From Thermoanaerobaculia bacterium (GTDB taxonomy: Bacteria; Acidobacteriota; Thermoanaerobaculia; Multivoradales; Multivoraceae), in assembly GCA_963664405.1 (NCBI GenBank), contig OY761158.1:6656001-6720000 (forward strand): a stretch of 64,000 nt of DNA. The letters run 5' to 3'. The notes under the pieces are model-generated. The model was not told the origin of the DNA. It searched no databases and worked only from the letters and a program-made list of their open reading frames with translations. Position 1 is the stretch's first letter, and each line of letters opens with the position of its first letter. This document shows positions 31,509-41,851 of this stretch, one piece after another. The position numbers and the translations under genes were made by a program.

Positions 31509-33782
31509 GTGAGAATTCAACTTCCCCCGGCCGCGGATGTGGCTCTGGGTCTCTTGCTCGGGGCCTTGGTCGCACCCCGAGTCGGGCCGGTCCCGACTTT
31601 GTTGCTCGTAGTCCTGGCCTTGCTTGGCGCTTGTCTTCGCCGTCGGTGGGGCTGGGCTGTCGTGGCTTTCGCTCTCGGTATTCTCCACGCGCAGGTGTCG
31701 TGGCTGGATAACGCTCGCCGGGACCCCGGCTGGCGGAGCGATCTGCCGGTCACCGGTGTTTTTGCGCCGGGTGCCGATGGTTGGCAGGCTGCGACCTCCG
31801 GTTGGACTGCCAGAGGTCAGTTGCTGCGGCTCGAGCAGGGTGAGAGGAGTGCTGAGCCTCGAGTGCAGATGCGAGTGACTGTCAGCGCGCGAGAGCAGTT
31901 GCCGCCCGCCTCCTCGTATTCGCTGAAGGGGTATCTACAGCGACCGACGATGTACTACAACCCCGACCGCACTGCCGTGGGCTGGTGGCAGTTTCGGGTC
32001 GGAAGCTCCCGCCTGGTGAAGGCTATGGGACCAGCAAGCTCCGAGAGCTGGGTAGGACGGATGCGGGCAACGGCGCACCATGCCGTCTCTAGCTGCGGCG
32101 AGGGCGCGGGAGTAACCGTAGCGACGGCACTGGCGTTGGGTGACAGTCAGGTGCTGCCGACAGGTTTGAAGATGGCTCTTCGCCGCGCTGGGCTCTCTCA
32201 TCTCTTTGCCATCTCGGGGCTCCATGTCGGTCTCTTGGCCGCAACGGTTCTCTTCGCGGCCTACCCGCTAAGACCTCTGCCCAGAACGGTACTGGCCTTG
32301 AGCTCCGTTGCCACCTATGTCGTGATCGTGGGCCCAAGCGCTTCAGTTTCGAGGGCGGCTGTGATGGTCTCGGCCGTTCTCGCCGCCCGCCTCTCACGCC
32401 GGCCGCCTTCTTCGATCAACGGTCTGGCCCTCGCTGTTCTCCTCCTCTTGGCGCTGTCGCCGGCCGCGGCACATGAGCTCTCTTTCAGATTGACCGTCGC
32501 TGCGACTTTCGGCATCCTCGTTTTAGCGCCTTCGCTGCGTCGCCACTGGCCCTCGATTCCGGGTGGGGGGCCCCTGTCTGTGGCCTTGGGTGCGCAGCTC
32601 GCGACCCTGCCGCTGGTAGTGCCGGCCTTTTCCCTATTGCCGGTCGGCTCGCTGTTGCTGAACGTGGTAGCGATCCCTTGGATAGGGCTTTGCCTCGTGC
32701 TCTGTCTCGGCTGGTCGGTGGTCGCGATCATCAGTACTCCGATGGCATCTGCACTGGTTCCACTTCTCGATCTTGTCGCGGCTCCGTTCGGATGGCTCGA
32801 GCTCCTTCCTCCGGGGGCGCTGCTGTCGATGCCGCTGTCCTGGAGCTTTCTACGCTGCCTGATATTCAGCGCTCTGGTGGCGGCACTCCTGACCGGCCGC
32901 CGTCTGGCATTGGTGGGGCTGGTGGCTTTCTTCGCGAGTGTCCCGTCTCACCAGAGTCCAGATCTGGGAGTGATTGCCTTGGACGTTGGACAGGGCGATG
33001 CATTACTCCTCCGGGACGGCGCTCATACCTTGCTCATCGACGGTGGCGGCTGGCGCAGTGGCGACTTTGGCGGAAGGGTATTGGTGCCTGCGTTGGCTCG
33101 ACTCGGGGTGCGATCCTTGGAGGCAGCGATCATCAGCCACGCCGACTGGGATCACTGCGGCGGGGTTGCGGATCTCGCCTTCTATGTCCCAGTGCGGGAG
33201 CTCTGGCTCAGCCCGGGGGTCCTCTCCAGCAGCTGCGGGCGCCGCCTGCTCGATCTGGCGGGCCCGACAATTCGAGTGCTGTGGAGGGGCCATCGCCGGG
33301 TCTGGCATCGTTGGAGCTTCGAGGTCCTTCATCCCGCGCCAGGCTCCGGGCGGCGTGGTAACGAGGGCTCCCTCGTGATTCACGCCAGTGCCGGTGGTCG
33401 CAGTCTGCTTTTGACCGGTGACATCGGGGAGGTGGTGGAGCGGGCTCTGATGAAGAAGGGCTCTCGACTCGACTCCGACATACTCAAGGTGGCGCATCAC
33501 GGCAGCCGCTTCTCGAGCGGGCGATCCTTTCTCGATGCCGTGTCGCCGCGGCGGGCGATCATCTCGGTGGGGCGAGGGAACTCGTACGGGCACCCCACAG
33601 GGGCGGTTCTGGACCGCCTGGAGGCCCGTCGTACGCAGGTTCTGCGGACCGATCTTCATGGCCGGATCGACCTCTCGTGGCGCCCGGGAGGCCCCCTGCG
33701 GGTGGCGACGGCGACCACGCCCCTGGCACCTGGAGCCGTGCCTCGGCGGCACCGGATTGGCCGTCCGGGACTGCTAGAGTGA
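31509..33782 (+). CDS. comEC: DNA internalization competence protein ComEC/Rec2
   Basis: [41 protein letters not shown] and NSYGHP; start uncertain. Confidence 0.92.
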   Translation: MRIQLPPAADVALGLLLGALVAPRVGPVPTLLLVVLALLGACLRRRWGWAVVAFALGILHAQVSWLDNARRDPGWRSDLPVTGVFAPGADGWQAATSGWTARGQLLRLEQGERSAEPRVQMRVTVSAREQLPPASSYSLKGYLQRPTMYYNPDRTAVGWWQFRVGSSRLVKAMGPASSESWVGRMRATAHHAVSSCGEGAGVTVATALALGDSQVLPTGLKMALRRAGLSHLFAISGLHVGLLAATVLFAAYPLRPLPRTVLALSSVATYVVIVGPSASVSRAAVMVSAVLAARLSRRPPSSINGLALAVLLLLALSPAAAHELSFRLTVAATFGILVLAPSLRRHWPSIPGGGPLSVALGAQLATLPLVVPAFSLLPVGSLLLNVVAIPWIGLCLVLCLGWSVVAIISTPMASALVPLLDLVAAPFGWLELLPPGALLSMPLSWSFLRCLIFSALVAALLTGRRLALVGLVAFFASVPSHQSPDLGVIALDVGQGDALLLRDGAHTLLIDGGGWRSGDFGGRVLVPALARLGVRSLEAAIISHADWDHCGGVADLAFYVPVRELWLSPGVLSSSCGRRLLDLAGPTIRVLWRGHRRVWHRWSFEVLHPAPGSGRRGNEGSLVIHASAGGRSLLLTGDIGEVVERALMKKGSRLDSDILKVAHHGSRFSSGRSFLDAVSPRRAIISVGRGNSYGHPTGAVLDRLEARRTQVLRTDLHGRIDLSWRPGGPLRVATATTPLAPGAVPRRHRIGRPGLLE

Positions 33783-33792
33783 GGCAACAGAG

Positions 33793-34725
33793 ATGGAAGC
33801 TCCTCGCTGTCTTGCCATCGTCGGCGCGACCTGTACCGGGAAGAGCGGTCTCGCCCTGGCCCTCGCGCAAAGGTTGGGAGGGGAGCTCATCAACGGAGAT
33901 GCTCTTCAGGTCTATCGAGGTCTGGATCGCGGGACGGCCAAACCGACTCTCGAAGAGCGCTCCCTGGCGCCGCACCATCTGATCGATTTTCTCGACCCCG
34001 ACGAGCGATTCTCCGCTGGGGAGTTCTCTCGCCAGGCCCGAGTCCGCATTGCGGAGGTCCAAGCGAGAGGCAAGCTGGCGATCGTTGTCGGTGGAAGCGG
34101 TTTCTACATACGTGCGCTGTTTCAGGGCCTGAGCGAGATTCCTGAGGTTCCGGAAGAAGTTCGCGAGGGCCTTGCGCAGCGTCTCAGCGAGCAGGGGATC
34201 GAGGCCCTCTATGACGAACTGCGGAGGGTCGATTCCGCCACGGCTCGGCAGGTTTCCCCGAACGACAAACAGCGAATCCTTCGTGCGCTCGGAGTCGTCA
34301 CAGCAAGCCGTCGACCGATCTCTGAATGGCGCTCGGCACCCCCCCGAGAGGAGGGTCCCGAGGCGCTTCTGATGGGTTTGACGCTGCCCAGATCGCTCCT
34401 ATACGATCGGATCGCCGCTAGGGCGCGTCGCATGGTGCGGCAAGGTTGGCTCGACGAGATCGAAGGACTCCTCAAGCAGGGTGTTTCTGAGACTGCGCCG
34501 GCATTTCAGGCGATCGGCTATCGCCAACTGCTTTCGCACCTGCAGGGCAGGTGCGGCTTGGAGGAAGCGATCGAAGACACCGTGAAAGCGACTCGTAGAT
34601 ACGCAAAGAGACAAGAGACGTGGTTTCGGAAAGAGAGGGTGGCCGTTTGGTTCCCCGCCACTGATCCCAAGCTTCTACCGTCCCATGTTATGACTTACCT
34701 TGCCAGTCAGGGCATCCGGAGTTAG
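33793..34725 (+). CDS. miaA: tRNA dimethylallyltransferase
   Basis: GATCTGKS, DALQVYRGLDRGTAKP, VGGSGFY and TRRYAKRQETWF. Confidence 0.96.
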   Translation: MEAPRCLAIVGATCTGKSGLALALAQRLGGELINGDALQVYRGLDRGTAKPTLEERSLAPHHLIDFLDPDERFSAGEFSRQARVRIAEVQARGKLAIVVGGSGFYIRALFQGLSEIPEVPEEVREGLAQRLSEQGIEALYDELRRVDSATARQVSPNDKQRILRALGVVTASRRPISEWRSAPPREEGPEALLMGLTLPRSLLYDRIAARARRMVRQGWLDEIEGLLKQGVSETAPAFQAIGYRQLLSHLQGRCGLEEAIEDTVKATRRYAKRQETWFRKERVAVWFPATDPKLLPSHVMTYLASQGIRS

Positions 34726-34727
34726 TA

Positions 34728-34949
34728 ATGGCCAAGCACGCGATCAATATTCAGGACGGGTTCTTATTTCAGAACCTCAAAGAGGCGACGGAGCTGTCCA
34801 TCGATCTGACCACCGGGCAGCAATTGGTCGGAAAGCTCAAGCGCTTCGACCGCTTTGCCGTAGTCGTCGAGAGCCAGGGCCGCGAAATACTGGTGTACAA
34901 GCACGCCATCGCTCAGATCTCAGGTCCGCCGATCGCCGCGGCGCCCTAG
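34728..34949 (+). CDS. hfq: RNA chaperone Hfq (divergent)
   Basis: NIQDGFL, FDRF and VYKHAI; directly after miaA. Confidence 0.92.
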   Translation: MAKHAINIQDGFLFQNLKEATELSIDLTTGQQLVGKLKRFDRFAVVVESQGREILVYKHAIAQISGPPIAAAP

Positions 34950-35057
34950 CCGCGATCTCGCGCAAGGGGCGTCTAGATCAGTGCTCTACCAGGACCCGGG
35001 ACGCCTGCCAGGATCTTCTGGTGGAGGCGCGCATCGTATTCCGTCAGCAGGGCGTCG

Positions 35058-36410
35058 GTGATCGGTTCCGGCCGCGACTGGGCCAGCTGGCGCTGGGGTG
35101 CATCCTGGATCCCGCTGATTCTTCTCTCTGGAGCCTGCGCCACAACGACTGTCGACGTCCGCGATCCCGGCCTTCCCGCGGAAGTCAGATCCTACCTGCT
35201 GTCGCCACTCGAGGGATGGACGGAGCCTCTGGACGCCGGTACGCGGCCGACGCTGGTGAGCGGCTTTGAACAGGTGCTGCGATCCGATACGACGGCTGCC
35301 ATGGCGATTGCAGCCGAGCTCCTCGATCGTTCCCCCGGGCTCGAGCCCGCGCTGGTACTTGCCGCTCAAGCGGACTTCGTAGCGGGGCGAAATTCCGAGG
35401 CCCTCGGCCGGCTTTCTACATGGGTCGGGCCAGAGTCCGGCTATACCTCGGCGGCGCTTCTGCTGGCGCGACTGGCGGAGCTGGGGGACGACCCCGTCAC
35501 CGCCTATGCCGCCTACCGCAGCCTCGATGGCGCGGTTCCGGTTGCCACGACGAGGGCTCCGGCGATTTATGAGCGGGCAATGCAGGCACTCGCTAGGCGG
35601 CTTCAGCGAGACCTTTCGACTGGACGTCTCACGGCGGCGCAAGAGAGTCTCGCCCGGATGCGCTCCTGGGAGGGGGCCGGCTCGGCGAGGGTCCTCGAAG
35701 GGGCGCGGAGCCTGGCACGAGCGACGGGAGATGCGTCTGCCGAGCTCGCGGCGCTGCGCTCACTTTCCGATCTCGGCCGTAATGAAGGTCAGCTGGTCGA
35801 GAGGCTAGCCGATCTGGAACTGGAGATCGGGGACCCCGAGCGCGGATTGGAGCTTCTCGATGGTCTGTCTGTCCGCGATCCGGAGAATCGGGCGCTCGAG
35901 CTAAAGCTGACGACCGCGCAGGTCCGCTGGCGCCTACGTCTGCTCCCCGACGATGTGCAAACTCTTGCTGACCGCCAAGAGCTTCGGCGCGGAGATTATG
36001 CCGCGTTGTTGTATTGGCTGGTGCCTGGGGTGAGGCGGACGGGAACGGACAACGTACGCATCGCAACCGATATTCTCGATCACGAGCGCCGACAGGAGAT
36101 CGTTCGTGTGCTCAACCGCGGACTGATGAGTGTGGATCCGACCTTGCACCAGTTCGAGCCCGATCGGCCGGTGTCGAGGTCGGAGGCGATTCGTAGCCTT
36201 CTCGAGATGCTCCGAGGCACCGGCGCAGCGGGTGAGTGCGCTCGAGAGCTAGGTCTGAACCCCACGCCGTCTGCCTCCTTTCTCTGTGGTCTCGCCCACA
36301 GATGTGGAATTCTGGACGACATCTCGGCCTGTCTGCCCGGTGCGGCCCTTTCAGGCGGCGAAGCGGTCGAGCTCCTGGGGCAGAGCCTTTCAATTTCTCA
36401 ACGGGAGTGA
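35058..36410 (+). CDS. lipoprotein with TPR-like repeats and an S-layer homology (SLH)-like domain
   Basis: Lipobox LLSGAC; helical repeats; ATDILDH...RGLM...FEPDRPVSRSEA SLH-like segment. Confidence 0.7.
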   Translation: MIGSGRDWASWRWGASWIPLILLSGACATTTVDVRDPGLPAEVRSYLLSPLEGWTEPLDAGTRPTLVSGFEQVLRSDTTAAMAIAAELLDRSPGLEPALVLAAQADFVAGRNSEALGRLSTWVGPESGYTSAALLLARLAELGDDPVTAYAAYRSLDGAVPVATTRAPAIYERAMQALARRLQRDLSTGRLTAAQESLARMRSWEGAGSARVLEGARSLARATGDASAELAALRSLSDLGRNEGQLVERLADLELEIGDPERGLELLDGLSVRDPENRALELKLTTAQVRWRLRLLPDDVQTLADRQELRRGDYAALLYWLVPGVRRTGTDNVRIATDILDHERRQEIVRVLNRGLMSVDPTLHQFEPDRPVSRSEAIRSLLEMLRGTGAAGECARELGLNPTPSASFLCGLAHRCGILDDISACLPGAALSGGEAVELLGQSLSISQRE

Positions 36411-36413
36411 GCT

Positions 36414-39400
36414 TTGTCTGACTTTGTTCATCTTCACTTGCACAGTCAGTACAGCCTTCTAGATGGAGCCAATCGGATCGACGATCTGATGACCAAGGCT
36501 GCCGAGCTGGAGATGCCGGCGATCGCCCTCACCGATCACGGCAATCTATTCGGGGCCATCGAGTTCTACGACAAAGCTCGTGCTGCCGGGATCAAGCCCA
36601 TCGTAGGGATCGAGGCCTACGTCGCCAAGGGAGGACGCAAGGAGCGCAGTCCAGCTCACGCTCGCAGCAACCATCTGGTTCTGCTGGCGAGGAATGAGAC
36701 CGGCTATCGCAACCTTCTCAAGCTCAGCACCCAGTCCTACCTCGAAGGCTTTTACTACAAACCGAGGATGGACAAGGAGTTGTTGAGGGAGTACAGCGAA
36801 GGGATCACCTGCCTCTCCGCCTGCCTGAATGGGGAGATCAACGAGAAGATTCTCGGTGGCCACACCGCTGAGGCGAAAACGCTGTGCCACGAGTACCTCG
36901 ACATCTTTGGCGAGGGAAACTTCTTTCTCGAGCTGCAGGACCACGGCATCCAGGAGCAGCGAGACGCCAACGAAGTGCTGAGGCGGCTGGCTCAAGAGTC
37001 GGAGATCCCGACCATCATCACCAATGATTGCCACTACCTACACCACGGAGACAGCTTTGCCCACGATGTGCTGCTCTGCATCGGCACTCAACGCATGGTC
37101 AGTGACGTCGATCGGCTCAAGTATCACGGGGATCAGTTCTATCTCAAGAGTGCAGAAGAGATCTTCGCTACCTTTCCCAAGGACGGTAGGGCGATCGAGA
37201 ATACGCTCAGAGTGGCCGAATCCTGCAACCTCGAGATCCCCACCGGTAGCTTTCATCTTCCGGTATTTCCCGTGCCCGAGGGGTACACCCTCGAGAGCTA
37301 TCTGGATGAGGTCACACGCGAGGGCCTGACCCGACGGATAGACGAGTTGCGCCGGACTCGCAGCGAGGTTTTCGAGCGCAACACCGAGGAGGCGTATTGG
37401 CGTCGCCTCGAGAGTGAGCTGGCAGTGATCGTGAGCATGGGCTTCGCCGGCTACTTTCTCATCGTCTGGGACTTCATCCGTTATGCCCGCGAAGCGGGTA
37501 TCCCGGTCGGCCCCGGCCGAGGCTCGGCCGCCGGCTCACTGGTCTCTTACGCTCTTCGCATCACTGACATCGATCCTCTCCAGTACCAACTGATCTTCGA
37601 GCGCTTTCTCAATCCCGACCGCATCAGTATGCCTGACATCGACATCGACTTCTGCATGCGCCGGCGTGGTGAAGTGATCCACTACGTCAGCGAGAAATAT
37701 GGGCGGGATCGCGTAGCTCAGATCATCACCTTCGGAACGCTCGGGGCCAAGGCGGTGCTTCGAGATGTCGGCCGCGTTCTCGGCCTTCCCTACGGCAAGG
37801 TCGATCGGATCGCCAAGCTCGTACCCGATATGACCAAGTCTCTCTCAGAGGCCGCCACAGAGATCGAAGCGCTCAAGGACGAGGTGGCTCGCGACCCCGA
37901 AGTGCGCCAGATTGTCGAGGTTGGTGAGCGCCTCGAGGGACTGACTCGTCATGCCTCCGTGCATGCGGCCGGCGTCGTCATCACTCCGCAAGCAATCGAA
38001 GAGCTCGTACCTCTCTACAAGACCAGCAAGGACGAGATCGTCACCCAGTGGGACAAAGACGTAATCGAGAAACTGGGTCTGTTGAAGATGGACTTTCTCG
38101 GTCTACGCACGCTGACCGTGATCGACGACACGATCAAGACTCTCGCCCATCAGGGGGTTGAGCTCAATCTGGATGATGTGCCGCTCGACGACGAGGAAGT
38201 CTTCCGCCTCTTCTGTGATGGGCGCACCAACGGCATCTTCCAGTTCGAGTCAAGCGGTATGAAGGACCTCCTGGTCCGTGCGCAACCGTCGAAGTTCGAG
38301 GATCTTGCGGCTTTTAACGCTCTCTACCGCCCCGGCGCGCTATCGGTAGGGATGGTCGAGGAGTTTATCCAGCGCAAGACCGGTCAGAAGAAGGTCCGCT
38401 ACATCGTTCCCGCGACAGAGCCGATTCTCGCGGAGACCTACGGGGTCATCGCCTACCAGGAGCAGGTGATGCAGATCGCGGTGGAGATGGGCGGTTTCAC
38501 TGCCGGCGAGGCGGACATGCTGCGCAAGGCCATGGGTAAGAAGGACCCGGAGGTGATGGCCAAGCAAAAAGAGAAGTTTCGCAACGGGGCCATCAAGAAG
38601 GGCTATGCCGCCAAGAAGGCCGAGCAGGTATGGGAGTACATCGAGCCTTTCGCCGGATATGGTTTCAACAAGAGCCATAGCGTGGCGTACGCCATGCTGG
38701 CCTACAAGACCGCCTACTTGAAGACCCATCATCCGGTCGCCTTCATGGCGGCAATGCTGACGTCGGAGATGTCCACTACTGACAACGTTGCCAAATACGT
38801 TCGAGAGTGCAATGACATGGAAATCGAAGTTCTGCCACCCTCGATCGGAAGCAGCGGGTGGGGGTTTCAGGTCGAAGAGGGCGCCATTCGCTTCGGCCTC
38901 GGCGCGGTGAAGGGGGTCGGCGAGACAGCGATCGAGGCCGTGCTGGAGGCCCGCGGTCGGGTCAAGACGTTTCGCGGTGTCTACCACTTGGCCTGCGAAG
39001 TCGACAGTCGGGTGGTCAATCACAAGGTCTTCGAGTGCTTGATCAAGGCCGGCTGCCTTGACAGCGATGGCTTCAGTCGCCGGGCGCAGCTGGAGGCTCT
39101 CGACTCGCTTCTCGATCAGGCTCAGCGCCGCCGCAAAGAAATCCAGGCGGGCCAATCCAGTCTCTTTGGCGAGGCCGCGATGGATCCCGGGCCGCGACCG
39201 GAGATCGAGGACTGGCCATCGCGCCTACGGCTCCAATACGAGCGCGAGGCTCTGGGGATCTATCTCACCGGTAATCCGCTCGAAGAGTTCAAAGATGTGT
39301 TGCGCCGGCGCACCAATTGCTCGTCGGCGGATATGCAGGACTCGAATGGCGCGCCCGTAACGGTCGGCGGATTGGTGAGCAGCTTTCGCCAGCTCAAAAT

Positions 39401-39899
39401 CAAGAGCGGTCAAAATGCAGGGCGTTTCATGGGTCGCTTCCTTCTGGTGGATCTCCAGGGGACGATCAATGTCGCCATGTTTGCCGACCAGTTCGAGAAG
39501 CACCGTCGGCTGATTCAGGATGACGCCATCGTGCTGATCCAGGGGCCCTTGCGCGAGCGGGGAGGCGACTTCGAGCTCCGCGCCGATCGGGTCGAGGCGC
39601 TAGAGGGGTCCAACGTTGGCGAATCCGAGGTGTCGGTGGAGCTCAACGCCGGAGTGTCCATGAGTCAGATGCTCGAGCTGCGGAATCTTCTAAGTGAGCA
39701 TCCCGGCAAGGCGCGGGTCATCTTTCGCATGCAGGTTCCGGGCCGTACCGTTCGGGTCGCGGCGGGAGAACAATTTCGAGTGGCACCAGACGAAGATCTG
39801 CTGCGTTCGGTCGAGGCACTGTTGGGGCAGGGGCGGGTGACGACACGAGTCCTGCCGGTCGAGACAGCTCTCGAAGAAGCGCCTGCAGAGGAAGTCTGA
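36414..39899 (+). CDS. dnaE: DNA polymerase III subunit alpha
   Basis: FVHLHLHSQYSLLDG, GPGRGSAAGS, MPDIDIDF, LLKMDFLGL and YGFNKSH; no intein-sized insert. Confidence 0.98.
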   Translation: MSDFVHLHLHSQYSLLDGANRIDDLMTKAAELEMPAIALTDHGNLFGAIEFYDKARAAGIKPIVGIEAYVAKGGRKERSPAHARSNHLVLLARNETGYRNLLKLSTQSYLEGFYYKPRMDKELLREYSEGITCLSACLNGEINEKILGGHTAEAKTLCHEYLDIFGEGNFFLELQDHGIQEQRDANEVLRRLAQESEIPTIITNDCHYLHHGDSFAHDVLLCIGTQRMVSDVDRLKYHGDQFYLKSAEEIFATFPKDGRAIENTLRVAESCNLEIPTGSFHLPVFPVPEGYTLESYLDEVTREGLTRRIDELRRTRSEVFERNTEEAYWRRLESELAVIVSMGFAGYFLIVWDFIRYAREAGIPVGPGRGSAAGSLVSYALRITDIDPLQYQLIFERFLNPDRISMPDIDIDFCMRRRGEVIHYVSEKYGRDRVAQIITFGTLGAKAVLRDVGRVLGLPYGKVDRIAKLVPDMTKSLSEAATEIEALKDEVARDPEVRQIVEVGERLEGLTRHASVHAAGVVITPQAIEELVPLYKTSKDEIVTQWDKDVIEKLGLLKMDFLGLRTLTVIDDTIKTLAHQGVELNLDDVPLDDEEVFRLFCDGRTNGIFQFESSGMKDLLVRAQPSKFEDLAAFNALYRPGALSVGMVEEFIQRKTGQKKVRYIVPATEPILAETYGVIAYQEQVMQIAVEMGGFTAGEADMLRKAMGKKDPEVMAKQKEKFRNGAIKKGYAAKKAEQVWEYIEPFAGYGFNKSHSVAYAMLAYKTAYLKTHHPVAFMAAMLTSEMSTTDNVAKYVRECNDMEIEVLPPSIGSSGWGFQVEEGAIRFGLGAVKGVGETAIEAVLEARGRVKTFRGVYHLACEVDSRVVNHKVFECLIKAGCLDSDGFSRRAQLEALDSLLDQAQRRRKEIQAGQSSLFGEAAMDPGPRPEIEDWPSRLRLQYEREALGIYLTGNPLEEFKDVLRRRTNCSSADMQDSNGAPVTVGGLVSSFRQLKIKSGQNAGRFMGRFLLVDLQGTINVAMFADQFEKHRRLIQDDAIVLIQGPLRERGGDFELRADRVEALEGSNVGESEVSVELNAGVSMSQMLELRNLLSEHPGKARVIFRMQVPGRTVRVAAGEQFRVAPDEDLLRSVEALLGQGRVTTRVLPVETALEEAPAEEV

Positions 39900-39917
39900 G
39901 CTACGGGAGAGTCTGCG

Positions 39918-40523
39918 ATGAACATCCTCGATCGAGAAAAGAGTCTGGTCCTCGTCATCGACTTTCAGGGCAAGCTGGCTGAGATCGTGGACGAGTCCGC
40001 CGCGGTCCTCGGAGCCACCAAGCGTCTACTGGCGCTGGCGGAGCTCTTCGAGGTGCCGGTGTTGCTCAGTGAGGAGTACCCGCAGGGGCTCGGAGTGACC
40101 GAGGATTCCCTGCAGCAGGCCTTTGACGGTCTGAGTACGGCCAAGAAAAAGATAGAGAAGGCGAGCTTCGGCTGCTGCGGAGATCCGGGCTTCGAGGGTG
40201 CGGTGGCAGAGCTCTGCCAAGGGCGTGAGCCCTCGGAGCGCCAGTTCGTCATCGCTGGTATCGAGGCCCACGTCTGTGTCGTTCAGACTGTGCTCGAGCT
40301 CTTGAGGCAGGGCTCACAGGTCTTTGTGTGCTGGGAGTGTGTTAGCGGTCGCGGCGTTACCTACCGTCGCTGGGCTATCGAGCGCATGCAACAAGCTGGG
40401 GCCTCGATCGTCAATCACGAGTCGGTTGGCTTCGAGTGGGCGCGAACCAAGGATCATCCTCGTTTTCGAGAGATGAGCCGTCTGTTTCGCGAAGGGCAGA
40501 TCGGTGGCGAGCAGAGCTTCTGA
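39918..40523 (+). CDS. isochorismatase family hydrolase
   Basis: VIDFQGKL, EEYPQGLG and GIEAHVCVVQT. Confidence 0.88.
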   Translation: MNILDREKSLVLVIDFQGKLAEIVDESAAVLGATKRLLALAELFEVPVLLSEEYPQGLGVTEDSLQQAFDGLSTAKKKIEKASFGCCGDPGFEGAVAELCQGREPSERQFVIAGIEAHVCVVQTVLELLRQGSQVFVCWECVSGRGVTYRRWAIERMQQAGASIVNHESVGFEWARTKDHPRFREMSRLFREGQIGGEQSF

Positions 40524-41127
40524 GCCAGCGTTCGAGGAGGCGTGCTCCCGTTTCGACGCCGCCAACTCTGAAGACCCCAATCAGGAGATCGCGGGAGGGC
40601 GGGCGGTGGCGCGCGAGCTTCTCTATGGGCAACGGATGACCTCCTGGCTCGGGCGCCTCTATCCAGACGCGGGCGAGGCTCTCCGTCTGGCGGCGAGGGC
40701 TCAGCATCTCTGCCGCTGGCGACTTCCGCGACAGCGCTTCGGTGAGGGCCGGCAAGGGTACCTCGAGTGGCGGACGAGCTGCGCCAAGATGCACGCGGAA
40801 TTGGCGGGAGAGATTCTTCGAGAGGTGGGGTATGACGAGACCTTCATCGCCCGAGTCGCAAGCCTTCAGCGCAAAGAGGGCTTGGCGGAGGATGAAGAGG
40901 TCCAGGCCCTGGAGGACACGGCTTGTCTGGTATTCCTAGAGAATCACTTTGCAGACCTCGCCAAAAGCCAGGAAGATGCGAGAATGCTCCGTATTCTGAA
41001 GCGGACATGGAAAAAGATGTCTTTGCGAGCGCAGGGAGCAGCCCGGGAGCTCGAGCTGCCGGACGACCTCAGTTCACTGCTTCGACAAGCCATTGGCGAG
41101 GCCACTTCTCCGTTGGCGGTGGAGTAG
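40504..41127 (+). CDS. DUF4202 family protein
   Basis: DAANSEDP, ELLYGQRM, AARAQHLCRW, GYLEWR, LEDTACLVF and TWKKMS. Confidence 0.85.
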   Translation: MASRASEPAFEEACSRFDAANSEDPNQEIAGGRAVARELLYGQRMTSWLGRLYPDAGEALRLAARAQHLCRWRLPRQRFGEGRQGYLEWRTSCAKMHAELAGEILREVGYDETFIARVASLQRKEGLAEDEEVQALEDTACLVFLENHFADLAKSQEDARMLRILKRTWKKMSLRAQGAARELELPDDLSSLLRQAIGEATSPLAVE

Positions 41128-41131
41128 GTCA

Positions 41132-41794
41132 ATGTTGAAGCGGCTTTGCCTCTGCTTGCTCCCGGTCGTATTCGCGCAGGGCCCCGCCCTGGGTGAGGAC
41201 ACGGCAGAAGTGATTCGGAGTCTCTTTGTGGACTACAAGAATGCTCTCCTCGAGGGCGACGGCGCCACCGCCGCGCGGCTGGTCGATCAGGGCACGCTGG
41301 ACTATTTCGAGGAGGTCAAGGCACTGAGCCTAGAGGGCAGCGAAGCGGAGATCCGGAGTCGCCCCTTCGTGGATCGCCTGTTGGTGATCACGATGCGACA
41401 CGAGCTCGATAGGGCCGAGCTGGTGGAAATGGATCTGGAGAGTCTGCTGCGACATGCCGTCGAAGCAGGCTGGATTGGCAAGCAGTCGATCCGTCAATTG
41501 GATATCGGTGAGGTGGAGGTCGAAGACGGAGCGGCGTCCGCGCTAGCGCTGACGACGGGGTCGCAGCTGCCGGCCGCGGAGCTCGGCGAGGAGCCTCTGC
41601 GCTACCGATTCGTGTTCGAAGAAGGTAGCTGGCGGTTCCGATTCCACTCGCTGGTCGAGAATCTCAATCAGATCATCGCTGAGTTTACGGCCCAGCTCGG
41701 TACTGACGAAGATGCCCTCATTTTCATCCTCGTCGAGCAGCTGTCGGGACGCAAGGTGCTGCCGGAGGTGTGGAGCTTGAGTGAGCCCCAGTAA
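41132..41794 (+). CDS. hypothetical secreted protein
   Basis: Signal peptide MLKRLCLCLLPVVFAQGPALG; GGAG RBS; acidic mature region. Confidence 0.75.
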   Translation: MLKRLCLCLLPVVFAQGPALGEDTAEVIRSLFVDYKNALLEGDGATAARLVDQGTLDYFEEVKALSLEGSEAEIRSRPFVDRLLVITMRHELDRAELVEMDLESLLRHAVEAGWIGKQSIRQLDIGEVEVEDGAASALALTTGSQLPAAELGEEPLRYRFVFEEGSWRFRFHSLVENLNQIIAEFTAQLGTDEDALIFILVEQLSGRKVLPEVWSLSEPQ

Positions 41795-41851
41795 GAGCAG
41801 ATGCCGACCTTGGAGTCGAATTTCGCGGTTCGCGCTTAGGGGCGATTGCTC

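Noticed and set aside
36414-39899. Possible intein in dnaE
   Set aside because: The length is normal and no intein splice or endonuclease motifs were seen.
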